Shown piece after piece: positions 62,863 to 64,000 of a stretch of DNA of 64,000 nucleotides; positions within the stretch are counted from its first letter, which is position 1; each line of letters begins with the position of its first letter. Source of the DNA: Octopus sinensis (Eukaryota); NCBI RefSeq assembly GCF_006345805.1, contig NC_042999.1, positions 138,012,001 to 138,076,000 on the forward strand. The letters run 5' to 3'. The notes beneath the pieces are model-generated. The model had not been told where the DNA came from, ran no database searches, and worked only from the letters and a program-made list of their open reading frames with translations. Position numbers and translations under genes: made by a program.

Positions 62863-63167
62863 AAAGAAAGAAAGAAAATTCGTGCTGAAAGGGCGAAACG
62901 TTAAGAAACGAAGAGAAGAGGTGAAACGGGTTTGATCAGAAGGAAAAAAGAGAGGGTGCTCCCTCCTCTTGCTCCGTAAATATGTATACATAGAAAGAGC
63001 TAAAGGGGTAGAGAGAGGAAATGAAAATGATGACATAAGCAAGTCAGTGAGAACGAAAGTAAAGGCATGAGTGTGTAAGAGTTAGACAGTAAAGGGATTT
63101 TCTGAATCCGCAATCATATGGTCAGGAAGTAAGTTTCTTGCCACAGTAATTGTGTATGTGTGTGTTT

Positions 63168-63339
63168 TGAAAGGGAATCGGCTTGTGGTAAAATTTGAAG
63201 GAGCCGCCGATGGGCAACATTCTCAGTTAAAGTATTTTATTGACACAAACTTATATAAGGAAAACCATAAGCAACCCAACTTTCCTTTGCTTATAATCTA
63301 AGATAGTCCTTTCGCCTGATCAAAGATACTGTATGTACA
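63168..63339 (+). promoter_or_regulatory. Second copy of the candidate TATA promoter, first exon and donor module (see 7005-7181)
   Basis: TATATAAG at 63252-63259 and GTATGT at 63331-63336. About seven substitutions plus one small indel patch versus copy 1. Confidence 0.4.
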
Positions 63340-63344
63340 ATAAT

Positions 63345-63375
<31 letters not shown>

Positions 63376-64000
63376 AGGACATCTTTTAAACACGTACTGA
63401 AAGCCTAATTATGTTCTGGTTTTAACTTTTTATTAAGTTTCTTTATATTTTGTTGAGCACCTTACAGTTCGTTCTTAAATCGATAATTAACCTTTCTGGA
63501 CTTTGAGTTTCATTTTTTAGATGTATGGAGTTTATAAGATTCCACGTCTTGAAGATGAAATGTAAAAGTCTTGAAACATTGGAGATGGACTTAGGAATTT
63601 TATTCAAGACGAATAGCAAGGGACTCATAAGAAAATATAAAAACCTTAAAAAATAAATAAATAAAAATAGGACATGGGTTAGTTTTTGCCTGTTTTTACA
63701 AGGTCATCGGGAACGCTTACTTCGTTTTATTGAGACAGAGATAGAGAGAGGGAGAGCTGGCGAGAGACCAATAGAGAGGAAGGAAAAGAGACGCAGGATT
63801 TATAGTTACTTATAAAAATGAATTGAACAACAGGCACAGATATTAGTCATTTCCATATCAGTATATGAGACAGGTGTTAATGAACAAAATTACTGAGAAA
63901 ACGTGTTTTTGGATACGGTGGAATATTTTCCACAAATTTCTTCGCGGCACCGTATTTGAACTATATATTACAGTTGTTGGTATCACGAAAGAGTGGTATA

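Overview
AT-rich, microsatellite-saturated animal DNA. The SINE families and repeat density point to a coleoid cephalopod, most likely Octopus (inference; no search was run). No host protein-coding gene can be identified with confidence, and most ORF-track entries are translations of simple repeats. The window is dominated by mobile DNA: a near-intact single-frame RTE LINE (51.5-55.1 kb, two UGA stops), a 5'-truncated CR1-type LINE (25.8-27.75 kb), short CR1/L2-type 3' ends, HERO and R4/Dong restriction-like-endonuclease LINE fragments, Penelope-like (GIY-YIG) fragments with minimal hammerhead-ribozyme motifs, fossil hAT, Tigger and mariner transposases, a Charlie-type MITE, and many copies of at least three tRNA-derived SINE families. 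The most unusual object is at 14743-15213: an unspliced, intron-containing pre-tRNA-Lys(TTT) with intact Pol III boxes, fused directly to a LINE 3' end and embedded in a (TA)n array. It looks like a template-switch chimera with the architecture of a newborn SINE. Other leads are copy-specific fold-back palindromes (32.1 and 35.1-35.3 kb), a ~175-bp TATA plus splice-donor module duplicated 56 kb apart (7.0 and 63.2 kb), a posterior-Hox/Cdx-like site cluster (21.2-21.4 kb), and weakly supported candidate exons. Most repeat boundaries are approximate (by eye).
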